DNA from: an uncultured Chloroflexia bacterium | Lineage (GTDB): Bacteria > Chloroflexota > Limnocylindria > Limnocylindrales > CSP1-4 | Assembly: GCA_963749735.1 (NCBI GenBank) | Contig: CAVVNZ010000009.1 | Location: forward strand, 131,923 to 195,922 | Direction: 5' to 3' | DNA length: 64,000 nt | In this document: positions 9,141 to 19,738 of the stretch, piece by piece | Layout: each line of letters begins with the position of its first letter | How positions within the stretch are numbered: position 1 is the first letter of the stretch | The notes under the pieces: generated by a model | Databases searched by the model: none | What the model was told of the DNA's origin: nothing | What the model saw: the letters and a program-made list of their open reading frames with translations, nothing else | Program-made: the position numbers and the translations under genes

Positions 9141-10169
9141 ATGACCGCGAGCACGCCGCCGCCCGGATCGGATCGGAACCCATCTCGTCGCACGCTCGAC
9201 CTCGTCCGGATCGGCGTGGTCCTCGGAGCATGCCTCGCGCTTGCCCTGAGTGCCGTCGTCGTCCTCGGCGCCTCGCCGGCTCCGACCGGACCCGGGGCGG
9301 ACTCCAAGGCGAGCGCCGATCCCGGCAAGGCCGACCATCGGTCGGGCTTCCCCCGCGGGTTGCTCGGCCTGCGGGACTTCCTCGGCGGCGCAGGAGGTCA
9401 GGGGCTGGCTGGCGGGCGCGGCGGGTTCGGCGCGGTCGGCCGGTCCATCGCGATCGCATCGATCGATGGGTCGACGATCGGGCTCAAGACGGATGACGGC
9501 TGGACCCGGACGATCACCGTCGGCGCCGACACGAAGTTCGATAAGGACGGCAAGACCGCGACGGTCGGGGACCTCAAGGTCGGCGACCGGCTGATCCTCC
9601 GCGAGCAGCGGAATGCCGACGGGTCCTACACCGTCACCGGGCTGAGCGTCTACCTGCCCGTGGTGGCCGGAACGGTCAGCGCCATCAACGGGAACGACGT
9701 CACGATCAAGCTCCGCGGCGGTTCGACCCGCACCGTGACCCTGACCGGTTCGACGACCTTCAAGGTCGGACCGACGGACGGCAAGAAGTCCGACCTGAAG
9801 GTGGATTCGGTCGTCATCGTGTCGGGGACCGACGGTCCGGGTGACGCGTTCACGGCCGCGACCGTCCGCATCCAGGTCCGGCTCGACCGGCTCGGCGGCG
9901 AGGTCCTGAGCAAGACCAAGGACTCGATCACGGTCAAGCAACGCGATGGGTCGAAGGCCACCATCCAGATCGGCCCCGGGACGAAGTTCTTCGTGCAAGG
10001 GACGACGACGCCCGGCCTCGACGACGTCGCCGTCGGGATGCGCCTGTCGGCGGTCGGGACGAAGAACTCCGACGGATCCCTGGACGCCGCCTGGGTCGCC
10101 GCCGGTAAGCCGCGCACCGACGCCAAGCCCAAGCCGGCCGCTCCGAGCGGGAGCGCCAACCCCGGCTGA
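9141..10169 (+). CDS. secreted protein with three ~70-aa internal repeats (DUF5666-like)
   Basis: GGAGGG SD, N-terminal TM/signal. Repeat units: [34 protein letters not shown] / [26 protein letters not shown] / [24 protein letters not shown]. Confidence 0.7.
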   Translation: MTASTPPPGSDRNPSRRTLDLVRIGVVLGACLALALSAVVVLGASPAPTGPGADSKASADPGKADHRSGFPRGLLGLRDFLGGAGGQGLAGGRGGFGAVGRSIAIASIDGSTIGLKTDDGWTRTITVGADTKFDKDGKTATVGDLKVGDRLILREQRNADGSYTVTGLSVYLPVVAGTVSAINGNDVTIKLRGGSTRTVTLTGSTTFKVGPTDGKKSDLKVDSVVIVSGTDGPGDAFTAATVRIQVRLDRLGGEVLSKTKDSITVKQRDGSKATIQIGPGTKFFVQGTTTPGLDDVAVGMRLSAVGTKNSDGSLDAAWVAAGKPRTDAKPKPAAPSGSANPG

Positions 10170-10195
10170 TCCCGGTCGACGGGACGGGGAAGAAG

Positions 10196-10223
10196 CCTCC
10201 GACGGTGACAGCACCGCCGGAGG
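10196..10223 (+). terminator. GC-rich hairpin (12-bp stem with 1 mismatch, ACAG loop) between the repeat-protein gene and the guaA promoter
   Basis: cctccgacggtg-acag-caccgccggagg paired by hand gives 11 of 12 bp. No U-tract follows. Confidence 0.45.
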
Positions 10224-10286
10224 CCACCATCCGTCGACGTCCCGACACCGACGCTCCCACGCGCCGCCTCGACCTGCCCGCCCGGG

Positions 10287-10292
10287 TAGACT
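10287..10292 (+). promoter_or_regulatory. putative -10 box TAGACT upstream of guaA
   Basis: The sequence cccgggTAGACTgg lies 35 nt before TTG 10327, which has a GGAGGG SD. Confidence 0.3.
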
Positions 10293-10326
10293 GGACGCCA
10301 CCAGGCGGCTGAGCGGAGGGTGGCGA

Positions 10327-12102
10327 TTGAGCGACGTGGAGACGTCCGAGGACGCTCCGCCGGTCCGCGACCGCGGCAAGACCGTCCACGGTGAGGTCGC
10401 CAACGCGGGGCATCGCGTCCTCGCCCCCGACGACGCCGAGGTCGAGGCCTACCTCGAGACCGCGCTCAAGGCTCCCGGCCCCGACCGCTCGCCGGGGGAT
10501 CGTCCCGGCGGCGGTGCTGCCGCCGGCACCTCCACGGGTGAACCGGCCACCGTCGTGGTCCTCGACTTCGGCAGCCAGTTCGCCCAGCTGATCGCGCGTC
10601 GTGTCCGCGAGCTGAACGTCTACTCGGAGCTCCTGCCGCACGACACCCCGCTGGCCGAGCTCGAACGCCGAAACGCCCGAGCGATCATCCTGTCCGGCGG
10701 CCCGATGTCGGTCTACGACGCCGATGCGCCGAAGCCGGATCCCGCGATCTGGAGCGGCCGGATCCCCGTCCTCGGGATCTGCTACGGGGCACAGATGATG
10801 GCCCTCGAGCTCGGCGGGGACGTGCTCCCGGTCGCCAAACGGGAATACGGCCCGGCGACCGTCACGATCACCGCCGACGACCGCCTGTTCAGCGGGATCG
10901 ACCGCGATCAGCCGGTCTGGATGAGCCACGGCGACTCGATCACCCGATTGCCCGAGGGGTTCCACTCCACCGCCCAGACCGATTCGACCCCGTTCGCCGG
11001 TCTCGTCGACCCGAGCCGCAACCTGTACGGCATCCAGTTCCACCCGGAGGTGGTGCACACCCCTCGCGGCCGCGACGTCCTGCGCAACTTCGTCCTCGGC
11101 ATCGCCGCCATCGAGCCGACCTGGACCGCCGCCAACTTCATCGACTCGACGGTGACCGAGATCCGGGCCCGGGTGGATGCCCACGCCCGCGAGGTCGGCT
11201 CGGACGGACTGGTCATCTGCGCCCTGAGCGGCGGAGTGGACTCGGCCGTCGCGGCGGCGCTCGTGCATCGGGCTGTCGGCGACCGTTTGACCTGCATCTA
11301 CGTCGATCACGGCCTGATGCGGAAGAAGGAGTCCGAGCTGCTTCGGGCGACCTTCGAGCTCAACCTCGGGATGCGCCTGGTGATGGTCGACGCGCGCGAG
11401 CGGTTCCTGGCCCGGCTCGCCGGGGTGGTCGATCCGGAGCAGAAGCGGAAGATCATCGGCGACGAGTTCATCCGGGTGTTCGAAGAGGAGGCGACCAAGC
11501 TCGGTCGGATCGACTTCCTGACCCAGGGGACGCTGTACCCCGACGTCATCGAGAGTGCGACCTCCGAGACGAAGACCGCCCAGAAGATCAAGACCCATCA
11601 CAACGTCGGCGGACTGCCGGCGGACCTGCGGTTCAAGCTGATCGAGCCGCTGCGCTACCTGTTCAAGGACGAGGTCCGGACGGTCGGGATCGAGCTCGGC
11701 CTGCCCGAGGCGATGGTCCAGCGCCAGCCGTTCCCGGGCCCCGGGCTGGCGATCCGGATCATCGGCGAGGTGACCGCCGAACGGCTCGACACGCTGCGCG
11801 ACGCGGACTGGATCGTCATCGACGAGATCAAGGCGGCCGGGCTGTACCGCAGCGTCTGGCAGTCGTTCGCCATCCTGACGCCCGTCCGCTCGGTCGGGGT
11901 CATGGGCGACGGGCGGACCTACGCCAATGTCGTCGCCATCCGGGCGGTCACCAGCGACGATGGGATGACCGCCGACTGGGCCAAGCTCCCCTATGACGTC
12001 CTCGGGAAGATCTCGTCCCGGATCGTCAACGAGGTCCCGGGCGTCAACCGCGTCGTGTACGACATCAGCTCCAAACCCCCCGCCACGATCGAGTGGGAAT
12101 AG
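10327..12102 (+). CDS. guaA: GMP synthase (glutamine-hydrolysing)
   Basis: [34 protein letters not shown], the SGGVDS ATP-PPase motif and the C-terminal KPPATIEWE. The start is uncertain: TTG 10327 with a GGAGGG SD, or GTG 10555 giving about 515 aa. Confidence 0.9.
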   Translation: MSDVETSEDAPPVRDRGKTVHGEVANAGHRVLAPDDAEVEAYLETALKAPGPDRSPGDRPGGGAAAGTSTGEPATVVVLDFGSQFAQLIARRVRELNVYSELLPHDTPLAELERRNARAIILSGGPMSVYDADAPKPDPAIWSGRIPVLGICYGAQMMALELGGDVLPVAKREYGPATVTITADDRLFSGIDRDQPVWMSHGDSITRLPEGFHSTAQTDSTPFAGLVDPSRNLYGIQFHPEVVHTPRGRDVLRNFVLGIAAIEPTWTAANFIDSTVTEIRARVDAHAREVGSDGLVICALSGGVDSAVAAALVHRAVGDRLTCIYVDHGLMRKKESELLRATFELNLGMRLVMVDARERFLARLAGVVDPEQKRKIIGDEFIRVFEEEATKLGRIDFLTQGTLYPDVIESATSETKTAQKIKTHHNVGGLPADLRFKLIEPLRYLFKDEVRTVGIELGLPEAMVQRQPFPGPGLAIRIIGEVTAERLDTLRDADWIVIDEIKAAGLYRSVWQSFAILTPVRSVGVMGDGRTYANVVAIRAVTSDDGMTADWAKLPYDVLGKISSRIVNEVPGVNRVVYDISSKPPATIEWE

Positions 12103-12137
12103 GACGTTCGGGGGATCAACCCCCTCGACGAACGCGC

Positions 12138-12143
12138 TAGCAT
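12138..12143 (+). promoter_or_regulatory. putative -10 box TAGCAT, 7 nt before ATG 12151 (leaderless-type)
   Basis: The sequence cgcTAGCATtccggccATG is read directly. Confidence 0.3.
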
Positions 12144-12150
12144 TCCGGCC

Positions 12151-12795
12151 ATGGCCGAACCGACCGAAGATGCGTCCCTGTCCACGCCATCGCCGTCGCG
12201 CTGCCCGTGGTGCTCCGCGGAGCTCCCGGATCCCGGCGCCACGACCTGTCCGTCGTGCCAGGCCAACCTCGTCGGCGAGGTCGACAAGCAGCTCCCCGGC
12301 CTGACCGCGGTCGACCTCGAGAAGCTCGCCTTCCGCCGCGCGGCGCCCCAGAAGAAGAGTCGGATCATGTCGTGGATCAGCGGCGACCTCGACTACGAGG
12401 ACGCCACCGAGCCGATCGCGCCGCCCGGCTCGCTCGACCGTCCGCCGATCGAGGTCCGCCGGGAGATGCTTCGCCTCGAGCGCGCGGCGTTGATCGCCGA
12501 CCTGGCCGCGGAGGCAGGATCGATCACCGCGGACATGGTCCTCGCGGACGACGCGGATCCGGCGACGGCTGCGGCTGCGATCCAGGCGCACCTCGACGAC
12601 GCCGCGGCAGCCGAGGCGATGGAGACCGGGGTCCCCGCCGCGCCGACCGGACTGGCGTCGACGATCGACGAGCCCACGGCCGCCGTCGACGATGGCGCGG
12701 TCGACGCGACCGTGGTCGACGCGACCGTGACCGACCCGCCCGGGGATGTGGCCGCCCCCGCACCGAGCCCCGACCCGAGCGTGCCGGGCGCCTGA
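12151..12795 (+). CDS. zinc-ribbon protein with acidic Ala-rich C-terminal tail
   Basis: CPWCSAELPDPGATTCPSCQ (CxxC-x11-CxxC). High GC3. No other recognisable domain. Confidence 0.6.
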   Translation: MAEPTEDASLSTPSPSRCPWCSAELPDPGATTCPSCQANLVGEVDKQLPGLTAVDLEKLAFRRAAPQKKSRIMSWISGDLDYEDATEPIAPPGSLDRPPIEVRREMLRLERAALIADLAAEAGSITADMVLADDADPATAAAAIQAHLDDAAAAEAMETGVPAAPTGLASTIDEPTAAVDDGAVDATVVDATVTDPPGDVAAPAPSPDPSVPGA

Positions 12796-12944
12796 CGCCG
12801 GCCCGCCGGCCTCGAGGGCCCAGCCGTCGCGGACCGCGGGGCGCGGCTATCCTCGCCCCATGCCCGCTCGCCTCAGCCCGCCCGGGTCCGTCGTACATCC
12901 GCGAGCACGATGTCGCCGTCGGTGACCGCCACCTTCGCGCCGGC

Positions 12945-13319
12945 ATGAGCCGGCCATCGACCCTCGACGATGGCTGGTGGCTGTCGATCCTGTGGGTCGC
13001 CGACGACGAGGGCGTGGTCAGCTTCCGTGACGTCGCCCCGGCCGCGGGGCCGCCGCCCGATCCGCCGCTCGTGCGACTCGGACCCGCCCTGACCGGGGCC
13101 CTGGCGGGGCTCATCCTCGAGGCCGACGGACGCCTGTCGATCCGGCTGGCGCAGGTGGCCCCGCCGGACGACCCCATCCAGCCGTGGCGCTCGCCGCTGG
13201 CGGTCCGGGCGGCCTTCCGCTGGGAGCCGATGCGAGCCGCGGCGATGCGTCCGAACGAGCTCGCCGAGACCGTCCTGGCCGGCTTTCGACGGGCGGTCGA
13301 GGGGCTCGCCCGGCCCTGA
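12945..13319 (+). CDS. hypothetical protein (~124 aa)
   Basis: High-GC3 frame reading MSRPSTLDDGWWLSILWVADDEGVVSFRDV... The start is uncertain; the same frame is open back to a CTGA overlap at 12792. Confidence 0.5.
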   Translation: MSRPSTLDDGWWLSILWVADDEGVVSFRDVAPAAGPPPDPPLVRLGPALTGALAGLILEADGRLSIRLAQVAPPDDPIQPWRSPLAVRAAFRWEPMRAAAMRPNELAETVLAGFRRAVEGLARP

Positions 13320-13320
13320 T

Positions 13321-13348
13321 CGTCGCTGCGCGGCCCTCCGCCGCGACG
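13321..13348 (+). terminator. imperfect GC hairpin immediately after the stop codon, abutting the next promoter
   Basis: In cgtcgctgcgcgg-ccct-ccgccgcgacg there are 6 outer and 4 inner base pairs with a small internal loop, paired by hand. Confidence 0.3.
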
Positions 13349-13353
13349 CAGGG

Positions 13354-13359
13354 TAGACT
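13354..13359 (+). promoter_or_regulatory. putative -10 box TAGACT, 9 nt before GTG 13369
   Basis: The sequence gggTAGACTccgggcgacGTG is read directly. Confidence 0.3.
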
Positions 13360-13368
13360 CCGGGCGAC

Positions 13369-16300
13369 GTGAAGAACCTCTGGGACGAGTTCATGGAGGA
13401 GATCCGCCGGCGGCAGGAGGCGCTCTCCGCCGGCCAGGATCCAGCCACCCGACCGGCCGCTGCCGACCGTCCCGACCCGACCGCCGACGACGACGACCGA
13501 GCCGGCCGCGATCCCGAGGGCGATGACGGTGACGCGGACGACCGGGACGCTGGCGATCGAGATGCATCCGATCGGGAGCCCCGGCCCCGCGCGGTCCCGG
13601 GCTCCGGCGGACCGGGTGGTCCGCGCCGACCACGGCCGATGCGGGTCGGCGGCCCCGACGACGGGGCGCCTCGGCGACGCGACCGTGCCCGGGGCATCCT
13701 GATCGCGGTCGTGTTCCTGGGCATCTTCGCGGTCGTCACCCTCGCCGGCGTCGTCCTCGACCTGGTCACCGATGCCATCTGGTACCGCAGCGTCGGCTTC
13801 GATTCGGTGTTCTACACCCGGCTCGGGACCCAGGTCGTCCTGTTCATCGGGGTCCTGATCGTCGTCGGGCTGTTCTTCGGGTTCAACATCTGGCTGGCCG
13901 GCCGCCTTGCGCCGCCGCCCGACCCGGAGCGCATGGGCGCGTTCGGCGAGTTCGCGGCCCGTCTCGGTGAGGCGTTCGGGGTCGAGGACGGTCGGGCCGG
14001 TCGCGGCGGAACGCGGGCGACGTTCGCCGGGGCCGGGTTCGGACAGGGGCCGGTCCGGACGATCACCTTCGACGCGGACGAGATGCCGGACCTCGTGCCG
14101 ATCATCCGCTGGGTGCTGATCGGCGTCGCGGTGATCATCGCCCTGGCCACGGCCGCATCGGCTGCCGGCCAATGGGAGACGGTCCAGCTGTGGCGCAACC
14201 AGGTTCCGTTCTCGCCCGCCGGCGTACCGCCCGTCGTCGACCCGATCTTCGGTCGGGACGTGAGCTTCTACCTGTTCGAGCTGCCGTTCCTGCACTCACT
14301 CCAGACCGCGCTCAACAGCCTGCTCATCGCCGCCCTGGTGCTGACCTTCGCTCGGTACCTGTTGGCCGGCATCCGCGGGGGTCTCGTGTTCACGACGTCG
14401 ATGCGGGTGCACCTGGCCGTCCTGGGCGGGCTGTATCTCCTGTCGGTCGCCTGGGGCTACCAGCTCGACAAGCTCGAGCTCGTCTACAGCACCCAGGGCG
14501 GCAGCTTCGTCGGGGTGAGCTTCACCGACCAGAACGCCCGGTTCCTGGCATACGACGTGCTGACGGCGGTCTCCGCGTTCGCGGCCGCCTTCCTGGTGAT
14601 CGGGGCATTCACCCATGCCATGTGGCCGCTGGCCGCCGTCGTCCTCCTGTGGTTCAGCGCGTCGATCGTCCTCGGCACGGTCTACCCCAGCCTCATCCAG
14701 CGCCTCGAAGTCGAGCCCGACCAGCTCAACAAGGAGACGCCTTACATCTCGAACAACATCAACATGACCCGCACGTCGTTCGATATCGCGAGATGGGAGC
14801 GCCGCGACTACGGCGGGGAGGCCCCGCTGACCCAGGCCGACGTCGTCAAGGAGGCGTCGACCTTCCAGAACGCCCGGCTGTGGGACTACCGTCCACTGCG
14901 GGACTCGCTTGACCAGCTCCAGACCGTCCGCCAGTACTACATCTTCACCGACGTCGATACGGACCGCTACGAGATCAACGGCAACAAGCGCCAGGTGATG
15001 TTGTCCGGCCGGGAGCTGGCGCCCGAACGGAACCCCCAGGGCGGGACGTGGGTCAACCAGCGGATCACCTACACCCACGGGATCGGGGTGGCCATGGTCC
15101 CGGTGAACGAGGCGACCGAGGGCGGCCAGCCGTCGCTGATCATCCGCGACCTGCCGTCGACATCGCTGGCCGGAGCGCCGACCGTGACCCAGCCGCGGAT
15201 CTATTTCGGCGAGCGACCGAGCGACTGGATCATCACCGGCGCTCGTCAGAGCGAGTTCGACTACCCGGTCGGAGTCAGCGCCGCCAACGGTCAGGTGGAG
15301 CCCGGCCAGACGACGCGCTGGAGCGGGGACAGCGGGGTCAAGCTCGACACCACGATGTCCCGGCTGCTGTTCGCCCTGCGCTTCCGGGATCTCAACCTGC
15401 TGATCAGCGACCAGGTCACCGCCGACAGCCAGCTCCTGTTCCATCGCTCGATCGGGGATCGCCTGCCGCGGATCGCCCCGTTCCTGACCTACGACAAGGA
15501 CCCGTACATGGTCGTCACCGCCGATGGACGGCTGGTCTACATCCAGGACGCCTACACGGTCAGCGACAAGTTCCCGAATGCCCAGTGGCTCGACACGAGT
15601 GCGCTGCCGGCCGGGAGCGGGCTCGCCGACGACACGTTCAACTACGTCCGCAACAGCGTCAAGATCGTGATGGACGCGTACACCGGTCAGATGACCTTCT
15701 ACGTCTCGGATCCGAATGATCCGATCGTCCGCACCTACGAGAAGATCTTCCCGTCGCTGTTCACCTCGCTCGACAAGCTGCCGGCCGACCTGAAGGCCCA
15801 CCTGCGCGTCCCCGAGGAGATGTTCAACTCCCAGACGAGGACGTACGCCCGCTATCACATCACGGACCCGGCCGCGTTCTACAACAACGAGGACCTGTGG
15901 ACCGTACCGCCGGATCCGGGCGGGACCCAGAGCCTGCCCAACGAGGCGTACTACGTCGTCATGCGGATGCCGGGTGAGCCCGATCCCGAGTTCCTCCTGC
16001 TCCAGCCGATGGTCCCGAGCACCCGCCCGAACATGATCTCGTGGATCGCCGCACGGATGGACGAACAGAACTACGGGACCGTCCGGGTCTACCGCTTCCC
16101 GCAGTCGACGTCGGTGCTCGGTCCGACCCAGATCGAGGCGAAGATCGACGCCGACCCGTTGATCGCCGCTCAGACGACGCTGTGGGACCAGGCCGGGAGC
16201 AAGGTCATCCGCGGCAACCTGATCGTGGTCCCGATCCAGGATGCCCTGATCTACCTCCAGCCGGTCTACCTCCAGTCGGCCAACAGCGCCTTCCCCGAGT

Positions 16301-16665
16301 TCCAGCGGATCATCCTCGCCACGCCCCGCCAGATCGTCTGGGGGAAGACCCTGACCGAGGCGCTCGGATTGCTCCTTGCGAACCAGCCGGCGACCAACCC
16401 GACCCCCGGTCCGCCGTCCAGCCCCGGCCCGTCGCCCAGCACGAGTCCGGGCACGAGCCCCGCGCCGACGGCGACCCCGGGACCGGGCGCCACCCCGCCG
16501 TCGGGCGATGTCGGCGCGCTCGTCGCGTATGCCAACGATCACTTCGAGCTGGCCCAGGCTGCCCTCCGCGCCGGAGATTTCGCGACCTACGGCGCGGAGA
16601 TGGCCAAGGTGCAGGACGCCCTCCGTCAGCTCGACGCACTGGTCAAGATCAGCCCCGCGCCGTGA
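13369..16665 (+). CDS. UPF0182 family large membrane protein (COG1615-like)
   Basis: About 1100 aa with multiple N-terminal TMs. Conserved C-terminal block YRFPQSTSVLGPTQIEAKIDADPLIAAQTTLWDQAGSKVIRGNLIVVPIQDALIYLQPVYLQS. The acidic ~110-aa N-terminal extension may or may not be translated (alternative ATG 13639). Confidence 0.85.
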   Translation: MKNLWDEFMEEIRRRQEALSAGQDPATRPAAADRPDPTADDDDRAGRDPEGDDGDADDRDAGDRDASDREPRPRAVPGSGGPGGPRRPRPMRVGGPDDGAPRRRDRARGILIAVVFLGIFAVVTLAGVVLDLVTDAIWYRSVGFDSVFYTRLGTQVVLFIGVLIVVGLFFGFNIWLAGRLAPPPDPERMGAFGEFAARLGEAFGVEDGRAGRGGTRATFAGAGFGQGPVRTITFDADEMPDLVPIIRWVLIGVAVIIALATAASAAGQWETVQLWRNQVPFSPAGVPPVVDPIFGRDVSFYLFELPFLHSLQTALNSLLIAALVLTFARYLLAGIRGGLVFTTSMRVHLAVLGGLYLLSVAWGYQLDKLELVYSTQGGSFVGVSFTDQNARFLAYDVLTAVSAFAAAFLVIGAFTHAMWPLAAVVLLWFSASIVLGTVYPSLIQRLEVEPDQLNKETPYISNNINMTRTSFDIARWERRDYGGEAPLTQADVVKEASTFQNARLWDYRPLRDSLDQLQTVRQYYIFTDVDTDRYEINGNKRQVMLSGRELAPERNPQGGTWVNQRITYTHGIGVAMVPVNEATEGGQPSLIIRDLPSTSLAGAPTVTQPRIYFGERPSDWIITGARQSEFDYPVGVSAANGQVEPGQTTRWSGDSGVKLDTTMSRLLFALRFRDLNLLISDQVTADSQLLFHRSIGDRLPRIAPFLTYDKDPYMVVTADGRLVYIQDAYTVSDKFPNAQWLDTSALPAGSGLADDTFNYVRNSVKIVMDAYTGQMTFYVSDPNDPIVRTYEKIFPSLFTSLDKLPADLKAHLRVPEEMFNSQTRTYARYHITDPAAFYNNEDLWTVPPDPGGTQSLPNEAYYVVMRMPGEPDPEFLLLQPMVPSTRPNMISWIAARMDEQNYGTVRVYRFPQSTSVLGPTQIEAKIDADPLIAAQTTLWDQAGSKVIRGNLIVVPIQDALIYLQPVYLQSANSAFPEFQRIILATPRQIVWGKTLTEALGLLLANQPATNPTPGPPSSPGPSPSTSPGTSPAPTATPGPGATPPSGDVGALVAYANDHFELAQAALRAGDFATYGAEMAKVQDALRQLDALVKISPAP

Positions 16666-16675
16666 ACCGGAGCAC

Positions 16676-17596
16676 GTGACCGGCGGTCTCCTCGGTCGCG
16701 CCGGCGGCCGCGTCTTCGGCGAGCCGAGGCTGTGGGCGATCGCCCTCGCGGGATTCCTGGCCAGCGGCGGGATCGTCGTGTTCGCCCTCCCCATCGTCGT
16801 CCTTCCGAGCGTGGTCGGGATGAGCACGTTCATCGGCCCGAACGCGGTCACCGCGGCCGGTCCGTCCGCCCGGTTCGTCGACCTGGTCGTCGTGACCGCC
16901 GCCGTCCTGGGGACGTGGATCCTGGTCGGGACGGTCATCTCGGTCGCTGCGGAACGGGTGCTGGTCCGGGCGGTGGCCGATCCGGCCGTGGATCGGCTCC
17001 GGGACCCCGGTCTTCTCGCGCTGACACTGATCCGGCTGACCAGCCTGGCCCCGTTCGCGCTGGCCGTCGCGTTCGGGGCGACCCGTCTCGGCCAGGTCGG
17101 CTACCAGGAGCTCATCCTGCCGTCCGACTCGAACGCGCCGTTCGTGGTCCGGGTCCTCCTGTCGGCCCCCGAGGTCGTCGCGTTGCTCGTGGTGGGCTGG
17201 CTCATCAGCGAGCTGCTCGGGTCAGTGAGCATCCGCCTGGCGATCGTCGATGGTCGGAGCACGATCGGATCGGTCGCCGGCGCGCCGGGCTGGATCGTGC
17301 GTCACCCCATTCGTGCCGTGGGGGTGCTCGCCGCGACCGCGGTCGCCGGCGCGCTGCTGATCGCTCCTGCATTGGTCGCAGCGAGCGCGGCCTGGTCAGC
17401 CGCGCGAACGGTCCTGCTCGACGGCGCGTCGCCGCCGCTGACCGCGCTGGCGGTGGGCGTGTTCGTCGCGGTCTGGGCGGGCGCGCTGGCGCTCGCCGGG
17501 CTCGTCGCGGCGTGGCGCAGTGCCGCCTGGAGTCTGGCCGTCATGGGGGACCATCGGGTGGGTGGTCTCGTCCCCGGGTCGGGTGGCACCCTGTAG
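16676..17596 (+). CDS. polytopic membrane protein, unknown function
   Basis: GTG start 11 nt after the UPF0182 stop. At least 6 hydrophobic segments. High GC3. Confidence 0.55.
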   Translation: MTGGLLGRAGGRVFGEPRLWAIALAGFLASGGIVVFALPIVVLPSVVGMSTFIGPNAVTAAGPSARFVDLVVVTAAVLGTWILVGTVISVAAERVLVRAVADPAVDRLRDPGLLALTLIRLTSLAPFALAVAFGATRLGQVGYQELILPSDSNAPFVVRVLLSAPEVVALLVVGWLISELLGSVSIRLAIVDGRSTIGSVAGAPGWIVRHPIRAVGVLAATAVAGALLIAPALVAASAAWSAARTVLLDGASPPLTALAVGVFVAVWAGALALAGLVAAWRSAAWSLAVMGDHRVGGLVPGSGGTL

Positions 17597-17644
17597 ACCG
17601 CGCCGCGCCGCTGGATCGGTGCGCATGACCGCGGGAGGAACTGG

Positions 17645-18916
17645 ATGACGGCAACGTCGGTCGTCTGCCCGGAGTGCGGGAGCCCGGTCGCGCCCGGCCG
17701 GCTGTCCTGTCAGTCGTGTGGGACGTTGCTGGCCTCTGTCGTCGGTTCGTCCCGCCGGTATGCGAATGCCCCGGTCGTCGACCCGATGCTCCCGGAGGTC
17801 GACGAGGACCGCCCGATCGCGTCCGCCCGTCGCACGGAGCCCGAGATGGAGTCCGTGCCGATGCCGACCCCGATCGTGGTCGATCCCGGGCCGCCCGTCG
17901 CCGCGACGCCCCCTGCCCAACCTGCCAAGCGTGCTCCACGGAGGCTGCCGCGTCCGCGACCCGCGGCCACGGCCGAAACCGCATCGACCGTCGCCGTCGC
18001 CGCCGAAGACGCCCAGACGTCGATCTTCGGACCGGTCCCGAACGTCGCGCCACCCATCCTCCACGGCTGGTCCGACCCCGCCGCGGGCGCGGCCGCAGAC
18101 ACGGCCGCGGCCCCCGCTCCGCAGACCGCGACCGCTCCGGCGGCCACGACCACGCGTCCGCCCAAGCCGCCCCGGCAGCAACGACCGCCTGATGCGCCAC
18201 GGAATGGCAGCGCGCCGGTCGAGCCGCCGCCCGTGGCGTCCACCAACGGGACGGTTCCCAGCGGCGGATCCGTGGCGGGTGCCTACCTCGCCCCGTCGGC
18301 GACCTACGCGAGTCCGGTGGCGACGCGCCCCGGCTCGGCGGTGGGGACCGGACGGGCCGCGTCCGCCGCGCCGGCGCCCGCCCCGGCCTGGCCGGACCCG
18401 TTCCGGGCCACCGTCCCCGGGACCGCTTACGCCGGCTATCCCGCGAACGGCCATCCGGCGAACGGCGCCTCCGCGGTCGCGGGGGCATCCGTCGCCGACC
18501 AGAGCGGCGCGGCAGCCCGGCGGATGTCCGACTGGCTCGTCATCGGCGGGTCGACCCTGGCGATCGTCAGCTTCGTCCTGCCCTGGGCGACCGACGGGGT
18601 CCTCGGGTCGCGTGGCGTCGGCTACACCGCGGAGTGGGGCCTGGCCAACCTCGGCCACCTGCTGCTCATCGCCGCCGCCGCCGGCATCCTGATCCTCCAC
18701 CTGGTCGAGACCCCCGTCCCGGGCTGGATCCGGTCCGGCGTCCTGCCGATCGCGGTCGGCGGGCTGCTCGCCGGACTCGCCTTCGCGTACTACGCCCGGC
18801 CCTTCGGCGGAGGCACCGGCGTCGCCGTCCTCCTGGCCGGAGCCGTCCTGCTCCTGGTCGGCGGCATCGCCGCAAGCCGGCCCGAACGACACGAAGTGGC
18901 GCCCCCGACCGTCTAG
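17645..18916 (+). CDS. zinc-ribbon protein with long Pro/Ala-rich linker and C-terminal 4-TM domain
   Basis: CPECGSPVAPGRLSCQSCG at the N-terminus, about 260 aa of low-complexity sequence, and C-terminal hydrophobic helices. GGGAGGA SD. Confidence 0.65.
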   Translation: MTATSVVCPECGSPVAPGRLSCQSCGTLLASVVGSSRRYANAPVVDPMLPEVDEDRPIASARRTEPEMESVPMPTPIVVDPGPPVAATPPAQPAKRAPRRLPRPRPAATAETASTVAVAAEDAQTSIFGPVPNVAPPILHGWSDPAAGAAADTAAAPAPQTATAPAATTTRPPKPPRQQRPPDAPRNGSAPVEPPPVASTNGTVPSGGSVAGAYLAPSATYASPVATRPGSAVGTGRAASAAPAPAPAWPDPFRATVPGTAYAGYPANGHPANGASAVAGASVADQSGAAARRMSDWLVIGGSTLAIVSFVLPWATDGVLGSRGVGYTAEWGLANLGHLLLIAAAAGILILHLVETPVPGWIRSGVLPIAVGGLLAGLAFAYYARPFGGGTGVAVLLAGAVLLLVGGIAASRPERHEVAPPTV

Positions 18917-19015
18917 CGGTCGCGTTCGCCCCTGCTACACTGCGCCCGACGCACCGGCCGTGCCCGCCGGGACGACGCTGTCGGACATCGCCCCGCGGGA
19001 GGCTAGCACCAGCCG

Positions 19016-19738
19016 ATGGAACAGATCCTCGCGCCGATCGGTACGGCGATCGGAGGCTTCTTCGGCAATCCGATCGTCCAGTTCGGGCTGAAGGCGTCCG
19101 CGGTCTACGTCGTCGGGCTCTGGCTCGCGTCGGCGTATTGGGCGTTCCGCGACCTGCAGGGCCGCACCGACAACCCCGTCGCGCCGTACCTCGCGGCCAG
19201 CCTCGTCATCCTGTTCACCCCCGTCTTCTTCGTGTTGGCGGTGATCATCTACCGCATCGTCCGGCCGCACGAGCGGATCGGCGACGTCAACGAGCGAGCC
19301 CTCGCCGAGGAGGCGCTCCTCAACGAGGTCGAATCGGTCCCGCACTGCCCGGGCTGCCATCGCCGGATCAACGACGAGTGGCTGCTCTGCCCGTCCTGCC
19401 GAACGCGGCTCCACCGGGTCTGCCCGAACTGCAGCCGGCTCGTCGGTCTCGAATGGTCGCTGTGTGCCTGGTGCGGCAAGGACTTCGAGCGTCGTGAGGT
19501 CGCCGCGGCGTTCAACGCGCCTCGACCGGCCGTCGTCGTCCAGCGGTCCGAGTCTCCCGCCCTGTGGGGGCCGCAGGCCGCCCCGCTCCCCGTCGCCGCA
19601 CCGACCGCGGTCCCGGCGGTCGCTCCCGGGCCGACCCAGGCCACGTCCGCCCAGGCGGCCCAGGCTAGGACGACGTCGACCCGGAAGCCGATCAGGGGCA
19701 CGTCCCGCAAGTCCCCCGGCCCCGTCCCGGAGCGTTGA
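19016..19738 (+). CDS. membrane-anchored double zinc-ribbon protein
   Basis: Two N-terminal TMs, then CPGCHRRINDEWLLCPSCRTRLHRVCPNCSRLVGLEWSLCAWCG (four CxxC pairs). Confidence 0.7.
   Translation: MEQILAPIGTAIGGFFGNPIVQFGLKASAVYVVGLWLASAYWAFRDLQGRTDNPVAPYLAASLVILFTPVFFVLAVIIYRIVRPHERIGDVNERALAEEALLNEVESVPHCPGCHRRINDEWLLCPSCRTRLHRVCPNCSRLVGLEWSLCAWCGKDFERREVAAAFNAPRPAVVVQRSESPALWGPQAAPLPVAAPTAVPAVAPGPTQATSAQAAQARTTSTRKPIRGTSRKSPGPVPER

Noticed and set aside
9934-12591. 885-aa reverse ORF (similarly 14296..16938 with 880 aa, and 21719..23854 with 711 aa)
   Set aside because: These are antisense to guaA, UPF0182 and mreB/mreC respectively, all of which have unmistakable family motifs. The reverse translations are low-complexity Arg/Asp/Gly/Pro sequence.
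12860-12925. 21-codon ORF (MPARLSPPGSVVHPRARCRRR) starting 6 nt after a TATCCT box
   Set aside because: Its third-position GC is mediocre and its composition is Arg-rich, resembling an out-of-frame reading. It might be a leader peptide, but there is no supporting evidence. The overlapping frame leading into 12945..13319 looks more coding-like.
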